Source: Syntrophorhabdaceae bacterium
GTDB lineage: Bacteria; Desulfobacterota; Syntrophorhabdia; Syntrophorhabdales; Syntrophorhabdaceae
NCBI GenBank assembly: GCA_963665295.1
Contig: OY762209.1
Span: 3,808,001-3,872,000, forward strand
Length of the DNA: 64,000 nucleotides
Reading direction: 5' to 3'
Shown here: one piece after another, positions 9,442-18,801 of the stretch
Layout: the number at the start of each line of letters is the position of its first letter
Numbering within the stretch: the first letter of the stretch is position 1
The notes under the pieces: model-generated
Database searches by the model: none
Told to the model about the DNA's origin: nothing
What the model saw: the letters and a program-made list of their open reading frames with translations, nothing else
Translations under genes and position numbers: made by a program

Positions 9442-9515
9442 CCGGTTTTAAATCTGTATCTGTGAGTTTTGCTCTCCGCCGGTTTGACCTTGCGGGGGGG
9501 GGCGTCCTGAAACCG

Positions 9516-10505
9516 TTATGGATGTGACAGGACCAGTCGATACAGAGTAAAAAAATCCCACCAGAACAGCATGAGCAAAACAAGTGATGCTACGGACAGG
9601 AGGATATATACGGTTTTGGAAAGTCTTTTCTTCCGTCCTGTAAGAAGCGCAATGTTCAACTCTTTGAGGGCTGTCTTTACCGTGGAGCGGTTGGCCGTGG
9701 TCCTTGACTGGGAATAGAGAACAAGCATACACCTGTCGCAAATAATGTTGATGAGCCTGGGATATCCTTTAGATGCGCTATGAATGAGTTTTGTGGCATC
9801 TTCGTTGAACTTCAGCAGGCCCTTTGAACCGGCCTTGAAAAGCCTGTAACTCACGTAGCGGGCTACTTCGTCCAGGTCGAGGGGCTTCAGAATGCATATG
9901 ACCGTTATTCTTTGGGACAAGTATCTCAATTCATCCTTCTGCAACCTGCCGGTGATTTCCGGCTGGGCAAAAAGAATAATCTGGAGTATCTTTTCTTTGT
10001 CTGTTTCGAAGTTGGAGAGTACCCTGATAAACTCGAAAAGGTCGTCTCTGATGAGTTGCGCCTCGTCCACCACAAGAAGAGACCTCTTCCCCTGGCGATG
10101 CCGGGCCAGGAGAAAAACCCGGAGCGCGTCCAATCCTTCCTTTATCCCGGAACCGCACCCTTCTATGGAAAACTCATGGAGAATCTCCTTTAGAAACTCG
10201 CGATCGTCCATTATAGGATTGAGTACGAGGGCGGAAGCATAGGTCTGGGACTCAAGGGACGAGAGGAATATCCTGGAAAGGGTCGTCTTTCCCGTCCCCA
10301 CATCTCCATATATCAACGCGAAACCCTCGCGCTGGTCCAGGAAGAAATGAAGGTGATCCAGCGCTTCCCGGTGACTTCTCGACTCAAAATAAAAGGCAGG
10401 GTCGGGCGTAAGGGAAAACGGCTTCTCGGTGAGTCCGAAATAGTCGATGTATGGTATATCCATGGAACCGGTTACTATTTTCACATTTTCCCGTTGCGTA
10501 ATCAA
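9516..10505 (-). CDS. ExeA/MshM-like AAA ATPase with C-terminal TM helix (start may be ATG 10463)
   Basis: YFGL.EKPFSLTPDP, Walker A GDVGTGKT, VVDEAQ, GYPRLINIICD; divergent from the pilus operon. Confidence 0.85.
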   Translation of the reverse strand: MITQRENVKIVTGSMDIPYIDYFGLTEKPFSLTPDPAFYFESRSHREALDHLHFFLDQREGFALIYGDVGTGKTTLSRIFLSSLESQTYASALVLNPIMDDREFLKEILHEFSIEGCGSGIKEGLDALRVFLLARHRQGKRSLLVVDEAQLIRDDLFEFIRVLSNFETDKEKILQIILFAQPEITGRLQKDELRYLSQRITVICILKPLDLDEVARYVSYRLFKAGSKGLLKFNEDATKLIHSASKGYPRLINIICDRCMLVLYSQSRTTANRSTVKTALKELNIALLTGRKKRLSKTVYILLSVASLVLLMLFWWDFFTLYRLVLSHP

Positions 10506-10772
10506 TCGGTTATTGCTATGGCACGAGAATTTCTATAGAATATCTGTAATTGATGCCTATTTCTACTGAGCCGGGTACTTTTGACAGGACAAACTTGATT
10601 ACGGGAGTCTCCCGTCACGGGGAGAGGAAATCCGCGTGAAGGCAGTGGCGGTGAGAGTAACCCAAGATAGGGCGTTGCATGTGAAGAGTCCGGGCGGGTG
10701 CGGGATTATGACGATTCTATCAGTGAAATGGCGTGCCGGTGTTGTCCGGGCCGCTCGCCGGGGGGATTTCTG

Positions 10773-12407
10773 ATGGACATGCTCGGGATAGACATAGGTA
10801 CGGTAAGCATCAAGTATGTCCGGGTTCGCGGTAAGGGTCAGAAAGCAGCCGTAGTTTCAAAGGGCATCTACCCCTATGGCGGCGAACTGCTTCAACTCGA
10901 ATCCGTTTTGTCCGATATCAGGACCAAAGAGGGCCGGTTGAGAGTAGCCATCGGCATCTCATCGCAGGACATTCTCAAGAAATCTGTGACCATCCCGGTT
11001 CTCCCGAAAGAAGAGATCGCCGACGCCCTGGATTGGTCGGTCTCGAAGACTGTCTCCTTGCCCTTGAACGAGATGTCCTATGAGTACATTATGCTTGGAG
11101 AGGTGGAAGAGCGCGGCATCAAAAAAGAGGAAGCCTGTTTTGTGGGGGTTCAGAGGTCTTTTGTTGACGGGCTCCTCGATTCTTTCCGGAAATCAGGATT
11201 TGGTGACGTGGCCCTCCTCACGGATATCGGACTGGTTTACCAGGAGGTCCTGAAAGAGGAACGGACTGTATCTACCTCCGTAGTTGATGTGGGAGGGACG
11301 CAGACAGGGATATATGTTTTTGAGAAGGGAAAGATAAAACTTGTGCGGGAGATCCTTATCGCAGCGGAAAGTTTTTCCGATGCCCTGATAAGCGGCCTCG
11401 CTTTGCATCCCATGGGAGCAGAATCTTCGTTAGACGAGATGTTTCGCAAGGGGACCGTTGAATTGTCGGAATCGTCCTTTGAGCATTTTGCAGAGGAGAT
11501 CCGGAGAACCCTCAATGTTTTTGAGAAAAGATACCCCGGCGAGGCCGTAAAAAAGATTTATGTTGCAGGCAGAGGTTCGGAGATACCCACGTTTATCGAA
11601 CGGTTGAAAGAGCGCTTCGGTGAAGGGGTGGAGCGGCTCAGACCGCAAAGGGACATTGAGCCTCAATATCTGCCCGCGTTCCTCCTTGCCTGTCAGCGTG
11701 AAGCACGGGTTAACCTTCTGCCGGAAGATATCAAGGCGGGAGAGCGGGAGGCCGTTTACAGAAAATGGCTCACCATGGGGACCATCGCGGTTGCAGCGGT
11801 GCTCCTCTTTCTTTCCCTCGATATGATGGCCGCGCAGAACAGGCTCGATATGGCGGTCAGCACCGAGGCTGCGAATGTGGCGAGGTTGAAGGAACAGGTG
11901 CAGGTGCTCGGGAGGGCCACCTCCACGGGAAAATATAGTGATATGATACCTCTCATGAAAGAGATCAGAAGAAAGGATGAAACTTTCGTCACATTGCTCA
12001 AATACCTGTCCTCTCATCTGCCCAAAGAGGTATACCTCAGGGAAATCGCATTCGGTCAGGAGATTCCGGTACTTCCTGCGTCGGGTTCCTCCGGAAAGGG
12101 GGCAACGCCCACGGAACCCGTTCAGACCATTACCACACAGGCGGGAATGCGACCCGCCGCAGCAAAGCCCGCCACCAAACCGGGAGCTCCCGTTGTAGTG
12201 GAAAACGACCGGTGGATCACTATTACGGGTCTGGTTTTCGGGGAAGTGGACACAGCCGACCCCGCCCTTCTGGATTTCATCGTCAAGCTGGGCAACACAG
12301 GCATCGTCCGTGACGTGGAGGTGGCCGGCAAGCAGGTCAAGGTCATGAAAGGAAAGAGGGTTATTGAATTCGTTGTTACAGGAAAGTGTGCGCCTTATGA
12401 AATTTAA
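10773..12407 (+). CDS. PilM-PilN fusion (MshI-like alignment protein)
   Basis: LGIDIG and VDVGG actin-like motifs, internal VNLLP, TM helix, then PilN-like periplasmic domain. Confidence 0.75.
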   Translation: MDMLGIDIGTVSIKYVRVRGKGQKAAVVSKGIYPYGGELLQLESVLSDIRTKEGRLRVAIGISSQDILKKSVTIPVLPKEEIADALDWSVSKTVSLPLNEMSYEYIMLGEVEERGIKKEEACFVGVQRSFVDGLLDSFRKSGFGDVALLTDIGLVYQEVLKEERTVSTSVVDVGGTQTGIYVFEKGKIKLVREILIAAESFSDALISGLALHPMGAESSLDEMFRKGTVELSESSFEHFAEEIRRTLNVFEKRYPGEAVKKIYVAGRGSEIPTFIERLKERFGEGVERLRPQRDIEPQYLPAFLLACQREARVNLLPEDIKAGEREAVYRKWLTMGTIAVAAVLLFLSLDMMAAQNRLDMAVSTEAANVARLKEQVQVLGRATSTGKYSDMIPLMKEIRRKDETFVTLLKYLSSHLPKEVYLREIAFGQEIPVLPASGSSGKGATPTEPVQTITTQAGMRPAAAKPATKPGAPVVVENDRWITITGLVFGEVDTADPALLDFIVKLGNTGIVRDVEVAGKQVKVMKGKRVIEFVVTGKCAPYEI

Positions 12408-12936
12408 ACCCTTCCACTTGTGGGCGGTCCTCCCGGTGATCCTCATTGTGGCGTGGTTTGTTCTGTTCTATAGCCCTGTATCGTCGAAGAACCGGCTGAA
12501 GGAAAGGGAGTTGATGAGGGTGAAGGCCGAGAAGGTGACGGCGGAAAATGAAGTGAACAGGCTCCGGGCGCTTAGAAAGAGGGAAATGGAAGCAAAGTCG
12601 CGGATTGAGAATATGAGCGCCGACATACCCCGGTACGAAGATCTCCCGAGGTTCATAAAGGGCATTACGGAGATGGCAAAGGCAAAAGGCGCGCTCGTAG
12701 AGGACTTCGGAAGCATATTCCTGCCCCAGGAAGATCAGCAGTCAGGGCCCGTGATGAACCCCGTTATGGAGATTACCGTGAAGGGTCGATATCTGCAGAT
12801 GGGACGATTTCTGGAGGAGTTGGAAAGGAATAAGGCTTTTAAGGGGGTTGTGAAGGCTCGCATGACCTATGAGGAGAAGCAGTACCCTGTTCTGACGGGA
12901 ATATTTGTGGTACAATTCAGGGCGAAAAGGGGGTAA
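12397..12936 (+). CDS. PilO/MshJ-like pilus alignment protein
   Basis: N-terminal TM, coiled coil, 'ITVKGRY..MGRFLEELE' PilO-type pattern; position in operon. Confidence 0.75.
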   Translation: MKFKPFHLWAVLPVILIVAWFVLFYSPVSSKNRLKERELMRVKAEKVTAENEVNRLRALRKREMEAKSRIENMSADIPRYEDLPRFIKGITEMAKAKGALVEDFGSIFLPQEDQQSGPVMNPVMEITVKGRYLQMGRFLEELERNKAFKGVVKARMTYEEKQYPVLTGIFVVQFRAKRG

Positions 12937-12943
12937 GGGGGTA

Positions 12944-13423
12944 TTGAAAGTCAATAAATACGTCCTGATAGCCCTTGTTCTCACGATAGTGGTGTGCGGA
13001 TATGTGTTTTTCTTTACCGGCAAGAAACCGGTCACGGGAAGCGTACCGGTTGCGACCACAACTGTTGGGCAGGGGCTGACAGAGGTGAAGAAGCCGGGCG
13101 CTGGAGGCACGACCCCGGCTGTTCTTGACGCCGCATGGGAGAGGGACCCTTTTGAACTCCCGAAGGCATTCGAGGGGAGTCCCACGGGTTCTTCCGATGT
13201 GCCCGCGAGACTGGTGGCGATCCTCAGTGGAAGAAACGGCAGAGTTGCCCTTATCGGATCGGAAGTTGTGAAGAAAGGTGATATGATTTTCGGAGAAAGA
13301 GTACAGGAGATCGGCGTCGACAGAGTCACCTTGACGCGGGGAGATTTAAAAAGGTACTTGACCCTCGATAATAAAGGAAGAGCGGAAGCAATGAAGAATA
13401 CCAACATTGAGGTGGGTAAATGA
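12944..13423 (+). CDS. MshK/PilP-like protein
   Basis: TM helix, RDPF motif, small beta domain; directly before the secretin; TTG start inferred. Confidence 0.6.
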   Translation: MKVNKYVLIALVLTIVVCGYVFFFTGKKPVTGSVPVATTTVGQGLTEVKKPGAGGTTPAVLDAAWERDPFELPKAFEGSPTGSSDVPARLVAILSGRNGRVALIGSEVVKKGDMIFGERVQEIGVDRVTLTRGDLKRYLTLDNKGRAEAMKNTNIEVGK

Positions 13424-14991
13424 AAATAGCATTATGCCTCGGCCTTTGTGTTATGGTCTTCGCGTCTTGTGCTTCTCTAGACAAGGCGGCAAAGAAAGAT
13501 ACGCCCCCGGCAGGGCCGGGTTCAGTCTCCCTCCAGAGCCCCACGGCTCCCCAGATGGAGAAACAGAGAAAGATCGAGGTGAATGGGGAGGCTGAGGTCT
13601 TTTCATTTTCCCTTAAAGACGCGGAAGTGAAAGATGTGTTACGGGCCATCTCGAGGCAGGCGGATTACAACGTGGTGGTGGAACCGGACGTGAAGGGGCA
13701 ATGCACCGTGAGCCTGAAAAACGTCACCCTCCGCGAAGCCCTCGATTATATTCTCTGGCCTCTCGATTATGTGTATAAGATCGATAACAGAACCATCTAT
13801 GTATCGAGGCCGAAGGTAGAAACGAGGATCTTTCATCTCAACTATATCGCCATGAAAAAGACGGGCACCAGTGTCCTTCGGGGGACAATCACCACGGGCG
13901 GGGGAGGGACCTCCACCACGGGCACTACGGGGACCGCTTCCACCACGGGCACGACAGGCACGACTGGAGGAGGAGGGATAGGGGGAAGGGCTGAAGTCCT
14001 CAGCATGAGGAGTGATACCGATACGGATATGTGGAAGGACGTTGAAGCTCATATCCCTACTTTTCTCTCAAAGGAAGGGAGATATGTCCTGAATAAGGTG
14101 GCGTCCACTATCATCGTCTCGGACTACGTACCACATTTGAAAAAAGTAGCCATGTACCTGGAGTCCATCGAAGGCACCATCCAGAGGCAGGTGATGATAC
14201 AGGCCCGGATCGTGGAGGTTCAGCTTAAGGATGAGTCCCATGAAGGCATCAACTGGAGGGTTATATCGGGAAGCATAGGAGAGTTCAAGTTTAACAACAC
14301 TGAACTGGTAACGGTCCAGCCAAGTCCTCTCTTTCCCATCACGAAGGATGCTTTTACAAGCGGCACCGATTCGGCGGGAAATCCCATTTCCTTTGTTTCT
14401 CCCCTCGTTGCGCCCTTCTTCCGCCTTGGAATTGCCAACGGCAATTTTGAGAGCGTTATCGAGCTTTTGAAGACGCAAGGGAAAGTAAACGTCCTTTCCA
14501 GCCCGAAAATAGCGACGCTGAACAACCAGAGGGCCATGATAAAGGTGGCAAGGGAGAATGTCGCCTTCGAGACGACAACGCTGGTCACCACGGGCGCTCC
14601 TGCCACGACTTCCACGGCCATAAGATATGTGACTATAGGTATTATGCTCGACGTTACTCCTCAGGTGGACGAAAAGGGCAATATTATCCTGAATATCCAT
14701 CCTGTGGTAACGGATCAGGTTGGAACGGCGACATCAAAAGACGGGACCGCGTCGGCGCCTATCGTCGACGTGCGCGAAACAGACACCATGGTGCGGGTCA
14801 AAGACGGGGAGACCGTGGTCATCGGCGGATTGATACAGGAAAAGGACAGCATCAACGAACAAGGGGTGCCGGGCCTCATGAACCTTCCTTTTATTGGAAA
14901 GTTTTTCAAAATGAAGGATGTAATAAAGAGCAAGAATGAACTGGTCATCTTTCTCACGCCTACGGTCATCTTCGGGAGCGAGAGTCTGTGA
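13420..14991 (+). CDS. Outer-membrane secretin, MshL/GspD/PilQ family, lipoprotein
   Basis: Lipobox FASC, STN-like domain, TRIFHLNY, Thr/Gly-rich loop, QVMIQARIVEV, LSSPKI, VIGGLI, ELVIFLTP. Confidence 0.9.
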   Translation: MKIALCLGLCVMVFASCASLDKAAKKDTPPAGPGSVSLQSPTAPQMEKQRKIEVNGEAEVFSFSLKDAEVKDVLRAISRQADYNVVVEPDVKGQCTVSLKNVTLREALDYILWPLDYVYKIDNRTIYVSRPKVETRIFHLNYIAMKKTGTSVLRGTITTGGGGTSTTGTTGTASTTGTTGTTGGGGIGGRAEVLSMRSDTDTDMWKDVEAHIPTFLSKEGRYVLNKVASTIIVSDYVPHLKKVAMYLESIEGTIQRQVMIQARIVEVQLKDESHEGINWRVISGSIGEFKFNNTELVTVQPSPLFPITKDAFTSGTDSAGNPISFVSPLVAPFFRLGIANGNFESVIELLKTQGKVNVLSSPKIATLNNQRAMIKVARENVAFETTTLVTTGAPATTSTAIRYVTIGIMLDVTPQVDEKGNIILNIHPVVTDQVGTATSKDGTASAPIVDVRETDTMVRVKDGETVVIGGLIQEKDSINEQGVPGLMNLPFIGKFFKMKDVIKSKNELVIFLTPTVIFGSESL

Positions 14992-16118
14992 GTGTCATAT
15001 TGGATGCCTTGAAGAAGGCACAGGACGAGAGAAAGCGGATTACTGTAGGAATCGCGCGGGGTTTCGCCGATTCGCCCCATAGGCCGCGATGGATAGTCTA
15101 TTCGGCTATTGCGGGGGTGCTCGTTTTGGGCGCTGCTTTTGCCTTCGTACCCGGGATCTATAAGAAAAATTCTCCCCCTCCGGCGTCTGCGGCTGAGAAG
15201 AAGGATCAGTTGCCTCCCACCAAGGAGATACAGGCTGAGGCACGAGTCCCGGTGGGTGTGGCGCCCGCGGCAGGAGATGCCCTTTCCCGTCCGGAAAGAG
15301 GAACTAGGATGGACTTCGGAACGGTCGTCAAGGGCGAAGGGCCCGGTAGTCCGGTCAGGGCGCGCGAGCGGTCGTTGACTTCGGGGATTGGAGACACAGA
15401 CGGGGCGGTTCCCCGGTCGGGTCATGGGCGGCTTTCCGCGGTGGTATCATCGCGGGGAAAAGAGGCTTCAAAATCTCCGGCGGAGGATGCTTCCGGGAGC
15501 GAAGGGCGGGTTTTCGTCCGAAGCATAGACGAGGACCGCATTACGACGATGTACAACAAGGCTTTGAAAGAAGGGGAAAAGGGTAATGTTGACGAAGCAA
15601 GACGGCTTTACCTTGCCGTCCTCGCGGCAAAACCTGAAAATATAGAGGCCATGAACAATCTCGGGGTGTTGGCCATGAGGGAGAGCAACACCAAAGAGGC
15701 TCTGTTCTATTTCAAAAAGATACTCGGGATCAAGAAGAACTACGGCAAAGCCTATAACAACATCGGGCTCATACTGCTGAGAGAGGGAGACAAGATACAG
15801 GCGGAAGGGTATTTCAGAAAGTCTATTGAAACGGATCGTGGCAGTGTCGAGCCCTACTTGAACCTCACAGCGGTGCTAAGGAGCGACAAGAGGCTGTCCG
15901 AGGCGTCTCAACTGCTTGAGGCCCTCCTTAACAAGGGAGAGAGGAACCCTGCGGTCCACCTCTCCTATGCTATTATCAAGGATGAGATGGGCGAACCCAC
16001 CGACGCCATTGCCCATTACCGGTATTATCTTAGAGAGGTGGGGAGTTCCGGTGGAACAAACCCTGTAGTCGAGAGGCTGAAGACGCTTGAAACAAACTAC
16101 CCTCGCAAGGATCGTTGA
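14988..16118 (+). CDS. Membrane-anchored TPR protein (MshN/GspB-like)
   Basis: MSVILDALKKA N-terminus, TM helix, TPR repeats (AMNNLG, AYNNIG, PYLNL). Confidence 0.75.
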   Translation: MSVILDALKKAQDERKRITVGIARGFADSPHRPRWIVYSAIAGVLVLGAAFAFVPGIYKKNSPPPASAAEKKDQLPPTKEIQAEARVPVGVAPAAGDALSRPERGTRMDFGTVVKGEGPGSPVRARERSLTSGIGDTDGAVPRSGHGRLSAVVSSRGKEASKSPAEDASGSEGRVFVRSIDEDRITTMYNKALKEGEKGNVDEARRLYLAVLAAKPENIEAMNNLGVLAMRESNTKEALFYFKKILGIKKNYGKAYNNIGLILLREGDKIQAEGYFRKSIETDRGSVEPYLNLTAVLRSDKRLSEASQLLEALLNKGERNPAVHLSYAIIKDEMGEPTDAIAHYRYYLREVGSSGGTNPVVERLKTLETNYPRKDR

Positions 16119-17661
16119 AACGGGTTTAAGGGAGGGGGTGAAGAGTATTTTTCTCTTCGCCGGTTGTCCTCCTTTGGGTAACAGAAGAGATATCATAACC
16201 CTTGGCGATCCGGTCCTGGAGAGCGGAGACATCGAGGACGTCCTCCTCTGGAGTTTATCACCCTCCCAATATGCGGCTTTTCAGAAAGAAAAGGAACTCG
16301 ATTACAGCTATGCTCCGGATGGCCTGGGCAGGTTCAGGGTAAATGCCTTTCAGAGGAGAGGCAGTTTTGGAATCGTCATGCGACCTGTGCCGGTGGAGGT
16401 CCCCTCTTTTGACGCCCTTGATCTTCCCGTTGCGTTAAAGGAATTTACAAAGGAGAGGGACGGCCTTGTTCTCGTGACCGGCCCCACGGGGAGCGGGAAA
16501 TCAACCACCCTCGCATGTCTGATAGACACGATCAACCGGACGAGGGCGTGCCACATCATCACCATCGAAGACCCTGTGGAATTCGTGTACAGGCCGGTCA
16601 AATCAATCATAAGTCAGAGAGAAGTCGGTAAAGACACCTTGTCTTTCACCGCGGCCCTGAAAAGTGTGCCACGGGAAGACCCGGACGTGATCCTTATCGG
16701 TGAGATAAGGGACCAGGAGTCCATGCAGGCGACAATTGAGATGGCTGAAACAGGCCATCTTGTATTTGCAACCCTCCATACCACGAATGCCTTCCAGACG
16801 ATCAACAGGATACTGAACTTTTTTCCGGAAGGCGAGAAGGGGCACATACGAAGCCAGTTGGCACTGGTGCTGAAAGGGATTATCTCGCAACGCCTTCTCA
16901 CGAGGGCGGGCGGCACGGGGTTTGTGTGCGCGTGCGAGATTATGAAGGCCGGTCAGTCCGTGAGAAGCCTTATCCGGAGCAACAAGATCCATCAGATCAA
17001 CTCCGTGGTTGATATTTTGAAAAAGGAGGGCATGGTATCGATGGACGATGCCCTCGTGGACCTTTACAAGAACGGCCTCATCGAGATGGCAGCGGCCATT
17101 TCGTGCTCGACCGACGAGTCCGCTTTCGTGGCGAAACTGGGGGCCGTCCCGTATTCCAGGGCCAAGGTCATGGAAGGAAAGAGACCCTCCCCGGTCAACC
17201 CCGACACGATACTCTTCAAGGCGGACCATAGGGAGGAGCAACTGGGCAGTTTTGACGCATCGGGCGAAGTCTCGGCTGACCCGGGGGGACTCGCGTTCAG
17301 GGATTCGGGGCAGCAGGCCCGGGAATCCCACTTCATTGCGGATTACTCCATATTGAATGGGAGACAGAACGGTTTCCGCTTGGGATCGTTCTTCCATATC
17401 TCCTATGCCATATCCGGTTCCAGGGAAAAGAAGGCAACCTACAGTTTTTGGGTGAGGGTCGTAACAGGAAAAAAAGAAGAGACGGAGGTACCAGTGCCGA
17501 CGGGTCTTATCGGGGACGGGGCCTGGCATACACTTGACGTCCCTATTCCCGGGGCCATGCGGGGGAAACAAGTAAGGTACTATATGCTGGTCTTCGATGG
17601 GGCGGTCACGGATATAGTATTTGATGATATAATGTTTACGTGGGGTGATAGATGGACGTGA
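16087..17661 (+). CDS. PilT/PilU-family ATPase with ~170-aa C-terminal extension
   Basis: RFRVN, Walker A GPTGSGKST, TIEDPVE, EDPDVILIGEIRD, TGHLVFATLHT; SVRSLIRS variant of AIRNLIRE. Confidence 0.88.
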   Translation: MKQTTLARIVETGLREGVKSIFLFAGCPPLGNRRDIITLGDPVLESGDIEDVLLWSLSPSQYAAFQKEKELDYSYAPDGLGRFRVNAFQRRGSFGIVMRPVPVEVPSFDALDLPVALKEFTKERDGLVLVTGPTGSGKSTTLACLIDTINRTRACHIITIEDPVEFVYRPVKSIISQREVGKDTLSFTAALKSVPREDPDVILIGEIRDQESMQATIEMAETGHLVFATLHTTNAFQTINRILNFFPEGEKGHIRSQLALVLKGIISQRLLTRAGGTGFVCACEIMKAGQSVRSLIRSNKIHQINSVVDILKKEGMVSMDDALVDLYKNGLIEMAAAISCSTDESAFVAKLGAVPYSRAKVMEGKRPSPVNPDTILFKADHREEQLGSFDASGEVSADPGGLAFRDSGQQARESHFIADYSILNGRQNGFRLGSFFHISYAISGSREKKATYSFWVRVVTGKKEETEVPVPTGLIGDGAWHTLDVPIPGAMRGKQVRYYMLVFDGAVTDIVFDDIMFTWGDRWT

Positions 17662-18707
17662 AACAGATGTTGAATGCGATGATAGAAAGAAACGCCTCCG
17701 ACCTTCACCTTATAGGCGGTATCCCGCCTGCCTTGAGGATTAACGGCGATTTAGTCGAACTGGATGGCGGGGTCCTTACAGGGGAGATGCTGGAAGGCTT
17801 TCTCAGCCAGATCGTGCAAGACGAGTCGAGAAGGAAGGGATTGTTCGAGGAGCGGGAGCTTGATCTGGCTTACGAACTGAAGGGGAGGGCCCGTTTCAGG
17901 GTGAACGTTTATTTCCAGAGCGGGTCGATAGCCTATGCGATACGCCTTATTCCCGTTCACATACCGAAGCTCGAAGACCTCAACCTGCCCGGAGTCCTGG
18001 CGGAGCTTATAAAGAAGCCCAATGGGCTGGTCCTTGTGACAGGGCCCACGGGAAGCGGCAAGTCGACGACCCTGGCCGCGATGATCGATCTGATCAACAA
18101 TGAGAGGTCCCTTCATGTAGTCACTGTGGAGGATCCCATCGAATACGTTTACAGTCCCAGGAGGTGCATCATATCACAGAGGGAGGTGGGGGAAGATACC
18201 TATTCCTTCGGGGCTGCCCTCAAACATGTGCTGAGGCAGGACCCGGACGTGATACTCATAGGGGAGATGAGGGATCTGGAGACGATGCAGGCTGCCATTA
18301 CGGCCGCGGAAACGGGTCATCTCGTTTTTTCCACGCTCCATACCACGAGCGCTTCTCAGACAGTGGACAGGATTATCGACGTGTTTCCGCCGCACCAGCA
18401 GTCTCAGATACGCTCGCAGCTTTCGATCACCCTCCAGGCGGTGATAACCCAGAGACTGCTCAGGCGGTCGGATGTAGTGGGAAGGATACCCGCCACGGAG
18501 ATTCTGATCGCAACTCCCGCGATAAGGACCCTTATCAGGGACGGGAAAGGCTATCAGGTATACTCGTCCATTGAGATGGGACAGGAATACGGTATGCATA
18601 CCATGGAGCAGAGCCTCAATGACCTGGTGCAAAAGGGTTTTATCGACAGGGAGGAGGCCCTTTTGCAGGCGGGAATAGCCGGTTCCATCAGGCAGCACAA
18701 GGGATGA
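17652..18707 (+). CDS. pilT: Type IV pilus retraction ATPase PilT
   Basis: ASDLH, GPTGSGKST, LRQDPDVILIGEMRD, TGHLVFSTLHT, AIRTLIRD. Confidence 0.93.
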   Translation: MDVKQMLNAMIERNASDLHLIGGIPPALRINGDLVELDGGVLTGEMLEGFLSQIVQDESRRKGLFEERELDLAYELKGRARFRVNVYFQSGSIAYAIRLIPVHIPKLEDLNLPGVLAELIKKPNGLVLVTGPTGSGKSTTLAAMIDLINNERSLHVVTVEDPIEYVYSPRRCIISQREVGEDTYSFGAALKHVLRQDPDVILIGEMRDLETMQAAITAAETGHLVFSTLHTTSASQTVDRIIDVFPPHQQSQIRSQLSITLQAVITQRLLRRSDVVGRIPATEILIATPAIRTLIRDGKGYQVYSSIEMGQEYGMHTMEQSLNDLVQKGFIDREEALLQAGIAGSIRQHKG

Positions 18708-18801
18708 TGTCCCTGACAAGGAAGATAATGCGGGGAAGGGGCGAGAGAGATTCATTTTTCAATACGGATAAGGAGGAGTCCTAACCTTACAGAGGACGGA
18801 T

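Noticed and set aside
13890..13990. Repeated ACCACGGGC-like units in the secretin gene
   Set aside because: They encode the Thr/Gly-rich loop usual in MshL/GspD secretins; there are no spacers, so not CRISPR.
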